Shown piece after piece: positions 19,242 through 29,416 of a stretch of DNA of 64,000 bases. Source of the DNA: Chitinophaga pinensis (lineage in GTDB: Bacteria > Bacteroidota > Bacteroidia > NS11-12g > UBA9320); NCBI GenBank assembly GCA_945907065.1, contig CAMDSC010000002.1, forward strand, positions 28,345 through 92,344, read 5' to 3'. Each line of letters begins with the position of its first letter. The first letter of the stretch is position 1. Under the pieces are notes generated by a model. The model saw nothing but the letters and a program-made list of their open reading frames with translations, searched no databases and was not told where the DNA came from. The position numbers were made by a program, and so were the translations under genes.

Positions 19242-20504
19242 TCAATTAAATCGCTTTTCATAAGCATCCATAATTGCCCTATATAATAACTCTCCTTGCA
19301 CTTCATAGCCTTTCTTGGAATAATGCACATAATCATTTCTTGCCAATCCATACTTTACCCAAGCTTTTATAGAATAATCCCCTCCCATCACTGCATTAAA
19401 GTCCCAAACTCCACAATTATATTCTTCTGCTAATTCGTAAAGAATGGCTCGATAACTACCGTTATTATTATTGTGTGTTCCATTTTTTAAATAAAAATCA
19501 CCTGGAGTAACCAATAATATTGATACACCGGGTTTGGAAGCACGAATGTTATCCAACATAGTTCTTAAATTATCCTTAATACAAAAACGACAATATCTAC
19601 TTTCGGGTAAAAAATTATCGTTAGTACCTAAGGAAACAATAACCAAATCGGGTTCTAATGCACTAAGTTCTTTGGTAAACAATGTGCTTTTATTATAGGT
19701 TTTGGTAAATGCTCCATTAAGCCCAATGGCATGATACAGCAGCCCAGGATTATTATTTTCTAAACTCATTCCATAAAACTGAAAATGATTTTGCGCTGGA
19801 AACGATTTTGCCAAACGCATATTTACAGTATCCTGAGGCTTGTTAAAAAAAAACTGGGAATATCCATCTTCAACAGGCTGCTCATCAAAAAAGAAATCGC
19901 GGTCTTTTTTATTTTCAAAAATTGGAGAATAACTATCCTCATCGGTATGATAAAATAATTTAAGACTATTAAAACTGTAGTCCATTCTCCCATTCCTTTC
20001 GGGATCAATAATCATATAAGAATTACTATCGCGAGTGTTTATTTCCAGCCCGTTCAACCCCAAAGTACACCCTTCACCTGATTGTGTAGCCTTGCAATTG
20101 CTCCACTTTCCTCCAAATATTAAACTGTAATTAATAGGATTATTGGTGTTAGCGATGCGAAAAGGGAAAATAAATCCTCGGCCACCATTTCCAAAGGTTT
20201 GTTGAAATAAAGTGCGGGTTTCGTTGGTTAAATAATCGGCTTGTATGTGTGAATCACCAATATGAACAATATTAATTTTACCCATCCGGGTTTTTATAAA
20301 ATGATCTAAATGGTTAAAGAAAGAATAAAGAAATTTATCAGTTCCATTACTAATTGAATTTTTCTCATAATCAATACATGGATAAACATTTTTAAAAATA
20401 ACTAAATCATTTTTCTGGTTAGAAAACGACGTAAATAGCAAAACTAGAAGGATATTGAAAAATATCATTCTAAAACCGCCTGTCATTTTTTTTCCATTGC
20501 TCAA
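19242..20504 (-). CDS. SGNH/GDSL hydrolase-family protein (PatB/AlgJ-like O-acetyltransferase partner)
   Basis: Blocks GDSH, GLNGA, LGTND, DYVH; N-terminal signal; true start may be a downstream ATG. Confidence 0.85.
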   Translation of the reverse strand: MSNGKKMTGGFRMIFFNILLVLLFTSFSNQKNDLVIFKNVYPCIDYEKNSISNGTDKFLYSFFNHLDHFIKTRMGKINIVHIGDSHIQADYLTNETRTLFQQTFGNGGRGFIFPFRIANTNNPINYSLIFGGKWSNCKATQSGEGCTLGLNGLEINTRDSNSYMIIDPERNGRMDYSFNSLKLFYHTDEDSYSPIFENKKDRDFFFDEQPVEDGYSQFFFNKPQDTVNMRLAKSFPAQNHFQFYGMSLENNNPGLLYHAIGLNGAFTKTYNKSTLFTKELSALEPDLVIVSLGTNDNFLPESRYCRFCIKDNLRTMLDNIRASKPGVSILLVTPGDFYLKNGTHNNNNGSYRAILYELAEEYNCGVWDFNAVMGGDYSIKAWVKYGLARNDYVHYSKKGYEVQGELLYRAIMDAYEKRFN

Positions 20505-21584
20505 TTAATTATATTTTCCGTCGAATTTATCCTTAATATCAGAAACAATAAGCCTCACTTCTTGCTCATGTTCCATGTTACAAATTAATATAGCATCATT
20601 GCTTTCGATCACCATTAGATTGTTGACGCCTTGCAACACTATAAGACCTTTTGTAGAATTATAAATAAAACAATTTTGAGTATCTCTATTTATTACATTT
20701 TTTCCGATTATCACATTGCCATCATCACTTGAAGGGGCTATCTCTTTTACCGAACGCCAGGTTCCTAAATCACTCCACCCAAATGATGAGGGTATCACAA
20801 AAACATTTTTAGCCTTTTCAATTATGCCATAATCAATTGAAATTACAGAACAAAGTGGATAGCTTCGGGCTATATATTCTTCCTCTTGCGGGGTATAATA
20901 AAATTTCTTTCCTGCTTTAAATAGTTCATGCAGTTCTGGTAAATATCTTTCAAAAGAATCAATCCATGTTTTGGCACTGCTAACAAATATTCCGGCATTC
21001 CATAAAAAATCACCGCTCTGAATAAATGTTTCTGCAATTTCCAAGGTTGGTTTTTCAGTAAACGTTTTAACTTTAAAAATATTTTCGGTAGCCAAATCTG
21101 TATAATATTGAATATAGCCGTACCCTGTATCGGGCCGGGTTGGATTAATACCTAAAGTAACTATGGCGTCATTACCTGTTACAAAATCGAGGCCTTTTTT
21201 TATTTTTTCTAAAAAAGTTGTTTCGTCAGAAATAAGGTGATCGGAAGGAAGAATGGTAATATTGGCGTTTGGGTATTTCGAATAGATTTTGTAAACCGAA
21301 TAGGCAATACACGGTGCTGTGTTTTTTAAAGCAGGTTCCAATAGAATATTGCATGCTAATACTTTTGGCAATTGCTTTTTTACCAAATCAGAATAATCTG
21401 CATTGGTAACCACATATATTTTATCATTATCAAACAGATGACTTAATCTATCATAAGTCATTTGAATTAGAGTTTTGCCGGTACCAAGTATATCAAGAAA
21501 TTGTTTTGGATTATCAGTCCGGCTAATTGGCCAAAAACGGCTTCCAATGCCGCCGGCCATTATTACAGCAAAATTTTCACTCAT
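20505..21584 (-). CDS. manC: Mannose-1-phosphate guanylyltransferase
   Basis: MAGGIGSRFWP..PKQF, EP..KNTAP, PSDH, FTEKP, WNAGIF, WSDLGTW. Confidence 0.93.
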   Translation of the reverse strand: MSENFAVIMAGGIGSRFWPISRTDNPKQFLDILGTGKTLIQMTYDRLSHLFDNDKIYVVTNADYSDLVKKQLPKVLACNILLEPALKNTAPCIAYSVYKIYSKYPNANITILPSDHLISDETTFLEKIKKGLDFVTGNDAIVTLGINPTRPDTGYGYIQYYTDLATENIFKVKTFTEKPTLEIAETFIQSGDFLWNAGIFVSSAKTWIDSFERYLPELHELFKAGKKFYYTPQEEEYIARSYPLCSVISIDYGIIEKAKNVFVIPSSFGWSDLGTWRSVKEIAPSSDDGNVIIGKNVINRDTQNCFIYNSTKGLIVLQGVNNLMVIESNDAILICNMEHEQEVRLIVSDIKDKFDGKYN

Positions 21585-21593
21585 CTATTCTTT

Positions 21594-22562
21594 CTAACTT
21601 ATTCCTTCTTTGTTTAAATCGTGAAAATGAACTATTCCTGCATAGTTTTCATTTTCAGTAACCAATATCTGTGTAATTTTAAGATCGGTCATTACTGTGG
21701 CGGCTTCGATAGCCATGCAACCTACATCTAAAGTTTTAGGATTAATGCACATTATATCTTTAGCTTTTAATTGCTGTATTGTTATATGCTTCTCAAGCAT
21801 TCGCCTAATATCTCCATCAGTTATCATTCCGGCTATTTTACCTTCGTCATCAATTACTGCAGTAGCACCGAGCCTTCCTTTTGTAATTTCCATGATTACA
21901 TTTTTAATGAAATCATCCGGTTTCACTTTAGGCTTGGCGTTGGTAAAAATAAAATCTTTAAGTGTAAGATACAATTGCTTACCCAATGCCCCGCCCGGGT
22001 GATAACGGGCAAAATCGGCTGATGAAAATCTTCGCGCCTTAAGCAGACAAACCGCCAAAGCATCTCCCATTGCTAACTGGGCAGTGGTACTGGAGGTAGG
22101 AGCCAAATTATTTGGGCATGCTTCTTTTTCTACAGTGGTGTTGATAACAAAATCACTTTGCTTTGCCAAATAGGAATTTACATTTCCAACCATTCCAATT
22201 AAAATATTTTCAGATTTTTTTAATAATGGAATCAAATTTTTTATTTCCGGGGTTTCACCACTTTTAGAAATACAAAGAACAATATCATGGCTCTGAATCA
22301 TTCCCAAATCACCATGAATAGCATCGGCTGCATGCATAAAAAGTGACGGTGTTCCTGTACTGTTAAGCGTTGCCACTATTTTATTAGCAATAATAGCACT
22401 CTTGCCAATTCCAGTAATTACAAGCCTCCCTTTAGATACTAAAATACTATTTACAGCTTCAACAAAATCATCGTTAATAAATTTTACAAGATTTAAGACT
22501 GATTCTGCTTCAATCTGCAAGGTATTTATACCATTTTGTTTTATTTCGCGGATATTTTCCAA
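21594..22562 (-). CDS. kdsD: Arabinose-5-phosphate isomerase (KpsF/GutQ; SIS plus 2 CBS)
   Basis: GIGKS, HGDLG, SKSGET, EACP.NLAPTSST, HPGGALG; start moved to TTG 22562 because TATTTTTG (22584-22591) lies inside the ORF-track extension. Confidence 0.92.
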   Translation of the reverse strand: MENIREIKQNGINTLQIEAESVLNLVKFINDDFVEAVNSILVSKGRLVITGIGKSAIIANKIVATLNSTGTPSLFMHAADAIHGDLGMIQSHDIVLCISKSGETPEIKNLIPLLKKSENILIGMVGNVNSYLAKQSDFVINTTVEKEACPNNLAPTSSTTAQLAMGDALAVCLLKARRFSSADFARYHPGGALGKQLYLTLKDFIFTNAKPKVKPDDFIKNVIMEITKGRLGATAVIDDEGKIAGMITDGDIRRMLEKHITIQQLKAKDIMCINPKTLDVGCMAIEAATVMTDLKITQILVTENENYAGIVHFHDLNKEGIS

Positions 22563-22669
22563 TAAGCCATTTAATTTGGGCTGCAAAAATAAATATAATG
22601 CTTGCAACTTTAGTAATCAATATATTAATTTAGTGGCATAAATAAGAAATAGAAAAGGAGAAGGAAAAA

Positions 22670-24862
22670 ATGAATGTTGAAGTGTTGGATTTAAAAGATA
22701 AATTAAAAGAGTTTTTCGGGTTTGATAGTTATAAAGGCAATCAGGAAAAAGTTATAGAGTCCATAATGAGGGGCGAAGATTGTTTTGTAATAATGCCTAC
22801 AGGAGCAGGCAAATCGCTATGTTATCAGTTGCCTGCATTAATAAATGATGGAACAGCAATTATAATTTCGCCATTAATAGCCTTGATGAAAAATCAAGTG
22901 GATTTAATAAGAGGGTTTGGAGATAATGATGCTGTAGCGCATTTTCTAAATTCATCTTTAACAAAAACAGATTCAACAAAAGTAAAGGCTGATGTAACCT
23001 CAGGAAAAACAAAATTACTTTATGTAGCTCCCGAAACATTGAAAAAAGAAGAAACCGTAGAATTTCTTCGCTCTATTAAAGTATCATTTGTAGCTGTAGA
23101 TGAAGCCCATTGTATTTCTGAGTGGGGACATGACTTTAGGCCTGAATATCGTAGGATAAAACAAATTATTAAATCTATTGATGATGTGCCAATTGTAGCA
23201 TTAACTGCCACTGCTACCCCAAAAGTACAATCTGATATTCAAAAAAATCTTGGGATGAACGATGCCATAGTATATAAATCATCTTTCAATAGAGGCAATT
23301 TGTATTATGAGGTTCGTGAAAAAGGAAAAAAGGATAAAACCCTTAAAGATATTCTTGGAATAATAAATACCCGAAAAGGAAAATCAATAATAATATATTG
23401 TTTAAGCCGCAAAAAGGTAGAAGAAATTTCATCCATACTTGTGGCAAACGGTATAAAATCATTGCCATATCATGCAGGGTTAGATGCTAAAACACGAGTA
23501 ATAAACCAAGATGCCTTTTTAAAAGAAGATGTTGATGTAATTGTTGCAACTATTGCTTTTGGAATGGGTATTGATAAACCAGATATTAGATGTGTTATTC
23601 ACTATGATGTTCCAAAATCGTTAGAAGGATATTATCAGGAAACTGGACGGGCTGGTAGAGATGGCATGGATGGAGAATGTTTTTTATTTTATAATCCTGC
23701 CGATACTGAAAAATTAGAGAAATTCATGAAAGATAAGCCAGTGGCCGAGCGAGAAATCGGTTCACAGCTTATTTTTGAAATGTCGTGCTTTGCAGAATCA
23801 TCACAATGCCGACGAAAAATACTATTACACTATTTTGGGGAAAATTTTGATGAGGAAAATTGCAACAAAATGTGTGATAATTGCAGACACCCAAAAACTA
23901 TGCACGAAGTGACACAAGAACTTAGCGATGTTCTGGAAGCTGTAAAAGAAACAGCTGGAAAAGTGAACCAGGAACACATTATTGATTTAATTAGAGGGGA
24001 AAACTCTGATGAGGTAAAAGCCTATCGACATGATAAGATAGAATCGTTTGGAGTAGGAAAAGATAAAGACGTCAACTTTTGGAAAAGTGTTGTAAGACTT
24101 GCACTTCTTGAAAACTATATTCAAAAAAATATAGAAAATTATGGTTTATTAAGTATTACCGATTTAGGTGAAAAATATTTAAAAAATCCTAAATCACACA
24201 AATTAGCGGCTGACCAAGAGTTTGAAAAAGTTTCAGATGAAGATTTTGAGCAGTTTCAAATTGAAAATGTTTACGACGAAGAACTTTTCATGCGCCTTAA
24301 AGAATTGCAGAAGCAAGTTGCAAAAGCTGAAAACTTGCCACCATATGTTATTTTTCAGGAAACCTCACTTGAAGAAATGGCGACAAAATATCCAATTACT
24401 ATTGAAGAAATTGAAAATATTCAAGGGGTTGGAAAAAATAAAGCCAAAAAATTTGGGGCACCTTTTGTTGAAGTAATAGCTGCTTATGTTGAGGAAAATG
24501 AAATAGAACGACCTCAGGATATGGTGTTAAAAACTGTAGCCAATCGGTCAGGTAAAAAAATTCAGATTATCCAAAATATTGATAAAAAGGCTGACCTTGA
24601 AGACTTATGTATTTCATTAGGTATGAGTTTTGACGAACTTTTAAATGAACTTGAAAATATTGTGTATTCCGGCACCAAAATAAATATCAAATATTTTATT
24701 GATGAACTGATGGACGAAAACATTCAAGCTGATATTTACGAACATTTCAGAAAATCACAAATAGATGATGTAGATGCCGCTGTAAAAGCCTTCGATGGTG
24801 ACTTTACCCATGAAGAACTTGGCCTTATGAGGATTCAATTTATTTCGGATGTAGCTAATTAG
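22670..24862 (+). CDS. recQ: ATP-dependent DNA helicase RecQ
   Basis: MPTGAGKS, DEAHCISEWGHDFRP, QETGRAGRDG, Zn-binding CRR...CDNC, RQC and HRDC domains. Confidence 0.96.
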   Translation: MNVEVLDLKDKLKEFFGFDSYKGNQEKVIESIMRGEDCFVIMPTGAGKSLCYQLPALINDGTAIIISPLIALMKNQVDLIRGFGDNDAVAHFLNSSLTKTDSTKVKADVTSGKTKLLYVAPETLKKEETVEFLRSIKVSFVAVDEAHCISEWGHDFRPEYRRIKQIIKSIDDVPIVALTATATPKVQSDIQKNLGMNDAIVYKSSFNRGNLYYEVREKGKKDKTLKDILGIINTRKGKSIIIYCLSRKKVEEISSILVANGIKSLPYHAGLDAKTRVINQDAFLKEDVDVIVATIAFGMGIDKPDIRCVIHYDVPKSLEGYYQETGRAGRDGMDGECFLFYNPADTEKLEKFMKDKPVAEREIGSQLIFEMSCFAESSQCRRKILLHYFGENFDEENCNKMCDNCRHPKTMHEVTQELSDVLEAVKETAGKVNQEHIIDLIRGENSDEVKAYRHDKIESFGVGKDKDVNFWKSVVRLALLENYIQKNIENYGLLSITDLGEKYLKNPKSHKLAADQEFEKVSDEDFEQFQIENVYDEELFMRLKELQKQVAKAENLPPYVIFQETSLEEMATKYPITIEEIENIQGVGKNKAKKFGAPFVEVIAAYVEENEIERPQDMVLKTVANRSGKKIQIIQNIDKKADLEDLCISLGMSFDELLNELENIVYSGTKINIKYFIDELMDENIQADIYEHFRKSQIDDVDAAVKAFDGDFTHEELGLMRIQFISDVAN

Positions 24863-24938
24863 TGATTGGCAATTAATTATTGAGTTAATAGAATACACGC
24901 AAATAACTTAATAACCCAATAACTTCTAAAATTTAACA

Positions 24939-26225
24939 ATGCCTAAATACAATTTTGTAGAAGAACTTAAATGGCGGCTGATGCTGCATGATATTATGCC
25001 TGGAACCGAAGAATTGCTAAATAGGCAAATGGTTGCAGGATATATTGGTTTTGACCCAACAGCAGATTCATTGGGAGTTGGCAATTTGGTGCAAGTAATG
25101 TTGCTTTTGCATTTTCAACAGGCAGGGCATAAACCTATAGCTTTAGTTGGCGGAGCTACTGGAATGGTAGGCGACCCAAGTGGTAAAAGTCAGGAACGAA
25201 ATCTACTGGATGAAGAAACTCTTAACCACAATTTAGCTTGCCAAAAAGCACAACTTGAAAAATTTCTGGATTTTAATTGCGGAATCAATTCGGCCGAAAT
25301 AATTAATAATTACGATTGGTTTAAAGGATTTAGCTTTCTTGAATTTATTCGTGATGTAGGTAAACACATATCTGTAAACTATATGTTGGCCAAAGACTCT
25401 GTAAAAAATCGTTTGGAAAACGGAATGTCGTTTACCGAGTTCAGTTACCAATTGGTGCAGGGTTATGATTTTTACTGGCTCAATCAGCACAAAGATGTAA
25501 AACTACAAATGGGTGGAAGCGATCAATGGGGCAATATTGTAACCGGTACTGAACTCATCCGACGTAAAAGTCAGGGGGAAGCCTTTGCACTTACAACTCC
25601 GCTTATTAAAAAGGCTGATGGTACCAAATTTGGAAAAACTGAAGGTGGCAATATTTGGTTAGATGCTAAACGAACTTCACCTTACAAATTTTACCAATTT
25701 TGGTTAAATGCTGCTGATGAAGATGCTAAAAATTACATCCGAATTTTTACACTTTTCAGTAAACATGAAATTGAAACTTTTGAAGCCGAACATGCTTTGG
25801 CTCCGCATTTAAGGCTAATTCAAAAAGCAGTTGCAAAAGACATTACTACTCGAGTTCATTCAGAAAAGGAATATATAAATGCAGTAGAAGCTTCTGAAAT
25901 ATTATTTGGAAAAGCCACCTCTGATTCTATTAAGTTTATTAATGAACAAACCTTGTTGGATGTTTTTGAAGGAGTTCCTCAATCTTCTATTTTTAAATCC
26001 GAACTAGAACAAGGCATTAATATTGTTGAACTTTTAGCAGATAAATCAGGTCTTTTTCCTTCTCGTGGCCAAGCTCGTGAATTGATAAAAGCTGGTGGAG
26101 TGAGCATAAATAAAGAAAAAGTAACCGATGCTGAAACTCTCATCTCCACAAAATATTTAATTGCCGATAAATATATCATTGCCCAAAAAGGCAAAAAAAA
26201 CTATCATTTATTGATAGTAGGGTAA
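24939..26225 (+). CDS. tyrS: Tyrosine--tRNA ligase
   Basis: [36 protein letters not shown]; C-terminal S4 domain. Confidence 0.97.
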   Translation: MPKYNFVEELKWRLMLHDIMPGTEELLNRQMVAGYIGFDPTADSLGVGNLVQVMLLLHFQQAGHKPIALVGGATGMVGDPSGKSQERNLLDEETLNHNLACQKAQLEKFLDFNCGINSAEIINNYDWFKGFSFLEFIRDVGKHISVNYMLAKDSVKNRLENGMSFTEFSYQLVQGYDFYWLNQHKDVKLQMGGSDQWGNIVTGTELIRRKSQGEAFALTTPLIKKADGTKFGKTEGGNIWLDAKRTSPYKFYQFWLNAADEDAKNYIRIFTLFSKHEIETFEAEHALAPHLRLIQKAVAKDITTRVHSEKEYINAVEASEILFGKATSDSIKFINEQTLLDVFEGVPQSSIFKSELEQGINIVELLADKSGLFPSRGQARELIKAGGVSINKEKVTDAETLISTKYLIADKYIIAQKGKKNYHLLIVG

Positions 26226-26300
26226 TTGCCAAAATCTCGAATTTTTGCATCATTATTAATAAGAATTTTTTCTTGTTAAATTTACACCATATTTTATGGT

Positions 26301-27902
26301 ATGAAACAAAAACTACGTTACATCACAATTCTTGGAGTTTGCTTTTTTTTTGCGAACCTTTCTAAAGCCAAATTAATAAACGCCACCCCGGCTAACTATA
26401 CAGGATTCTTAACCACTCTGACAGCAGGCGACACGCTTAAACTAACCTCAGGCAATTACACAAGCAACTTAACCCTTAATGGTATCAACGGTACAAACAC
26501 CAAACCAATAGTTATATTAGGAAGTGGTAACTCCACCAATTTTCAGGGACAATCGTGCTGCAATACTATTAGTATTACCCAATGCTCTTATATCGTTATC
26601 AAGAAACTTCAATTGGATGGATTAAATTTAGCTATTGATGCCGTAAAAGCTGAAGGAACCACTGGAAACTGGGCGCATCATATTTCGGTAGAATATCTAA
26701 ACATTATTAATTATGGTTCATCGCAACAAAATGTGGGCATCAGCACAAAATGTCCGGCATGGAACTGGCTAATCCGAAAAAACAGAATTATTGGAGCAGG
26801 AACAGGAATGTACCTTGGAAATTCTGACGGAACTAAACCATTTATTAACGGGATTATTGAATATAATTATATAGCGAACACGATTGGATATAATATTGAG
26901 ATAAAACATCAGATTAACGGACAACGAGAACTTATGCCTCAAACTTCAGTAAACGGCAAAACCATTTTGAGGCACAATGTTTTTACAAAAGATGAAAGTT
27001 CATCTACCGGAGGCAATGCAAGACCTAATTTGTTAGTTGGAGGGTTTCCTACTTTGGGTTATGGGGAAGTGGATTATTATGAAATTTATGGAAACTTTTT
27101 TTACAATAATCCTGTAGAAGCCTTATTTCAAGGAACCGGAAACATTATGCTTTACAACAATATTTTTGTTAATCATTTTGACCCGTCCGGATTTAGGGCG
27201 GTATATATCACTCCTCAAAATGGGGTAAGTCCACAGGATATAAAAGTATTTCATAACACGGTTTGGGCTGCTAATAGTGGAGGTGGAATTCGTTTATACA
27301 CTCCCAATACCGCTTACAAACAATATTGTTATGGCAATGCTGTTTTTGCAGCTTCTGCCATTAGCAATTTTACGGACTCAATGCACAATGTTACAGGAAG
27401 CTATTCCAGTGCAACAAATTTTGTGAATTCTGCCACAACCGATATAAGCACGCTTAATCTTTATCCTAAAACAGGACAACTGACAGGTGCAACAACCCCC
27501 AGCACGTTATTTGTTTTTAATACCAGTTGGGATAAAGATTTTAATAAAAACACTTATAATTGGATATATCGCGGATCCTATTCAGAATATGGTATTAATA
27601 AAGGTTGGAAATTGCAACTCGACACTATGGCAACTCCTGTTCTAGTTTCTATTCATTCAGTATTTAATTCAAATGATTTTGAAATTTTCCCCAACCCTGT
27701 TATTACAAAACTTACTATTTTACAAAACAATTTTACACCTTCATATATTGAAATTATTACCCCTACCGGAGGAAAAATTTATTCATCTTTAGTCAATTCA
27801 TCCCAATCAGTTATTGATTTTATAGATAAACCCAACGGCGTTTATTTTATAACTATAAAAAATGAAAGCCAATCCGTGGTAAAAAAAATAATTAAAAACT
27901 AA
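26301..27902 (+). CDS. Secreted right-handed beta-helix protein (pectin-lyase fold) with T9SS CTD
   Basis: Signal peptide; GDTLKL..GNY start; I/N-rich coils (IRKNRI, IEYNYI, IYGNFF, VFHNTV); CTD IFPNP...NGVYFI...KKIIKN. Confidence 0.75.
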   Translation: MKQKLRYITILGVCFFFANLSKAKLINATPANYTGFLTTLTAGDTLKLTSGNYTSNLTLNGINGTNTKPIVILGSGNSTNFQGQSCCNTISITQCSYIVIKKLQLDGLNLAIDAVKAEGTTGNWAHHISVEYLNIINYGSSQQNVGISTKCPAWNWLIRKNRIIGAGTGMYLGNSDGTKPFINGIIEYNYIANTIGYNIEIKHQINGQRELMPQTSVNGKTILRHNVFTKDESSSTGGNARPNLLVGGFPTLGYGEVDYYEIYGNFFYNNPVEALFQGTGNIMLYNNIFVNHFDPSGFRAVYITPQNGVSPQDIKVFHNTVWAANSGGGIRLYTPNTAYKQYCYGNAVFAASAISNFTDSMHNVTGSYSSATNFVNSATTDISTLNLYPKTGQLTGATTPSTLFVFNTSWDKDFNKNTYNWIYRGSYSEYGINKGWKLQLDTMATPVLVSIHSVFNSNDFEIFPNPVITKLTILQNNFTPSYIEIITPTGGKIYSSLVNSSQSVIDFIDKPNGVYFITIKNESQSVVKKIIKN

Positions 27903-27925
27903 TCACCGATCAAATTTTAAGTAAC

Positions 27926-29335
27926 ATGAAAAATAAATACCTTTTATTACTATTGGTAATTGGCCAACTTGGTTTTGCTAAAACATGGAAAGTAGGCTCA
28001 TCACGAACTTACACAAAGCCAAGTCAGGTATCTACATTGGTGGCCACTGGCGACACCGTAGAAATAGATGCCGGAACCTACAACTCGGATGTAGCCAAAT
28101 GGACTGCCAATAATCTTTTTCTAAAAGGGGTTGGGGGCATGGCTCACCTTCAGGCAAATGGAAATGCTTATGGCGGAAAAGCAATTTGGGTAATTGGTGG
28201 AAACAATAATAGAGTTGAGTCAATCGAATTTTCACTGTGCAATGTGGTTGATAAAAACGGAGCCGGTATAAGGCTGGAGGGACAAAATCTGGCCGTGAGC
28301 CATTGCTATTTTCATAATAATGAAAATGGAATATTGGCTGGAAAAATAAATCCATGTACTATTTTAGTTGAATACACTGAATTTGGATTTAATGGTGCCG
28401 GAGATGGCTATTCTCATAACCTTTATATCGGCAATATTGATACTTTAAAGTTTCAATATAATTATTCGCATCATGCCTCCGTTGGTCATGAGCTAAAAAG
28501 CAGGGCTAATGTTAACTTTATTTTATATAACAAATTAAGTGATGAAACCACAGGAAATGCCAGTCGCAATATTGATTTGCCAAATGGCGGAACAGCTTAC
28601 ATTATTGGTAATGTAATTGAACAAGGACCACAATCTCAAAATTCGAACATCATCGGTTACGGTTTGGAAGGGCTTACTAATACTGCACCCAATGAAGTTT
28701 ATGCCATCAATAATACCCTGATTAATAATAAAACGAATGGTAGTTTTTTTGCGTTTCAAACCGGAACGACTTTGTTTAAATGTTATAATAATATTCTTGC
28801 TGGAGCCGGAAGTTTTGTAACAGGAAGTTTCCCTTCAGGTATAGATACCTCTAACAATCGGGTTTCTGCAACAATCAGTTCGTTTGCTTTTACTAATGTA
28901 GCCAATTATGATTTTCATATTACTGCGGCAAGCACTGCTGTTATTAATAAAGGAAAAAATCCGGGCACTGCCAATTCGTTTTCATTAAGTCCGGTAAAAG
29001 AATATATCCATTCCAATAATACCGCGGCACGATGCAGTTCAGGAACTCTGGATATTGGAGCTTATGAATATTGCAAATCTGCGGGTATTGCCAATTCTGA
29101 AATTCCTGAAATGATTCTTTTTCCAAATCCAAGTCATGGAAAAATAATCCTACAAAATACGAACAGTCAGCTTCAGGAAATCACTATTTATAACCTTTTA
29201 GGTTTATTGATTTATGATTCTGAACTGATAGATAATAAAACGGAGTTGAATCTTAATTTAAATTCAGGCGTTTATATCTATCACATAAAAACAAAGGATG
29301 GTTTAGTTGTTAAAGGCAAATTGATGATGGACTAA
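27926..29335 (+). CDS. Secreted right-handed beta-helix protein with T9SS CTD
   Basis: Signal peptide; GDTVEIDAGTY, NGAGIR, FHNNENGIL, SHNLY, LKSRA; DIGAYE; CTD LFPNP...SGVYIY...GKL. Confidence 0.75.
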   Translation: MKNKYLLLLLVIGQLGFAKTWKVGSSRTYTKPSQVSTLVATGDTVEIDAGTYNSDVAKWTANNLFLKGVGGMAHLQANGNAYGGKAIWVIGGNNNRVESIEFSLCNVVDKNGAGIRLEGQNLAVSHCYFHNNENGILAGKINPCTILVEYTEFGFNGAGDGYSHNLYIGNIDTLKFQYNYSHHASVGHELKSRANVNFILYNKLSDETTGNASRNIDLPNGGTAYIIGNVIEQGPQSQNSNIIGYGLEGLTNTAPNEVYAINNTLINNKTNGSFFAFQTGTTLFKCYNNILAGAGSFVTGSFPSGIDTSNNRVSATISSFAFTNVANYDFHITAASTAVINKGKNPGTANSFSLSPVKEYIHSNNTAARCSSGTLDIGAYEYCKSAGIANSEIPEMILFPNPSHGKIILQNTNSQLQEITIYNLLGLLIYDSELIDNKTELNLNLNSGVYIYHIKTKDGLVVKGKLMMD

Positions 29336-29416
29336 TATAGTTATGAAAAATTAAAATAACCCTAAAACCTAAAATTACACATTTGTCTTTAAATATTTTT
29401 GTCCTTAAAATTATAA

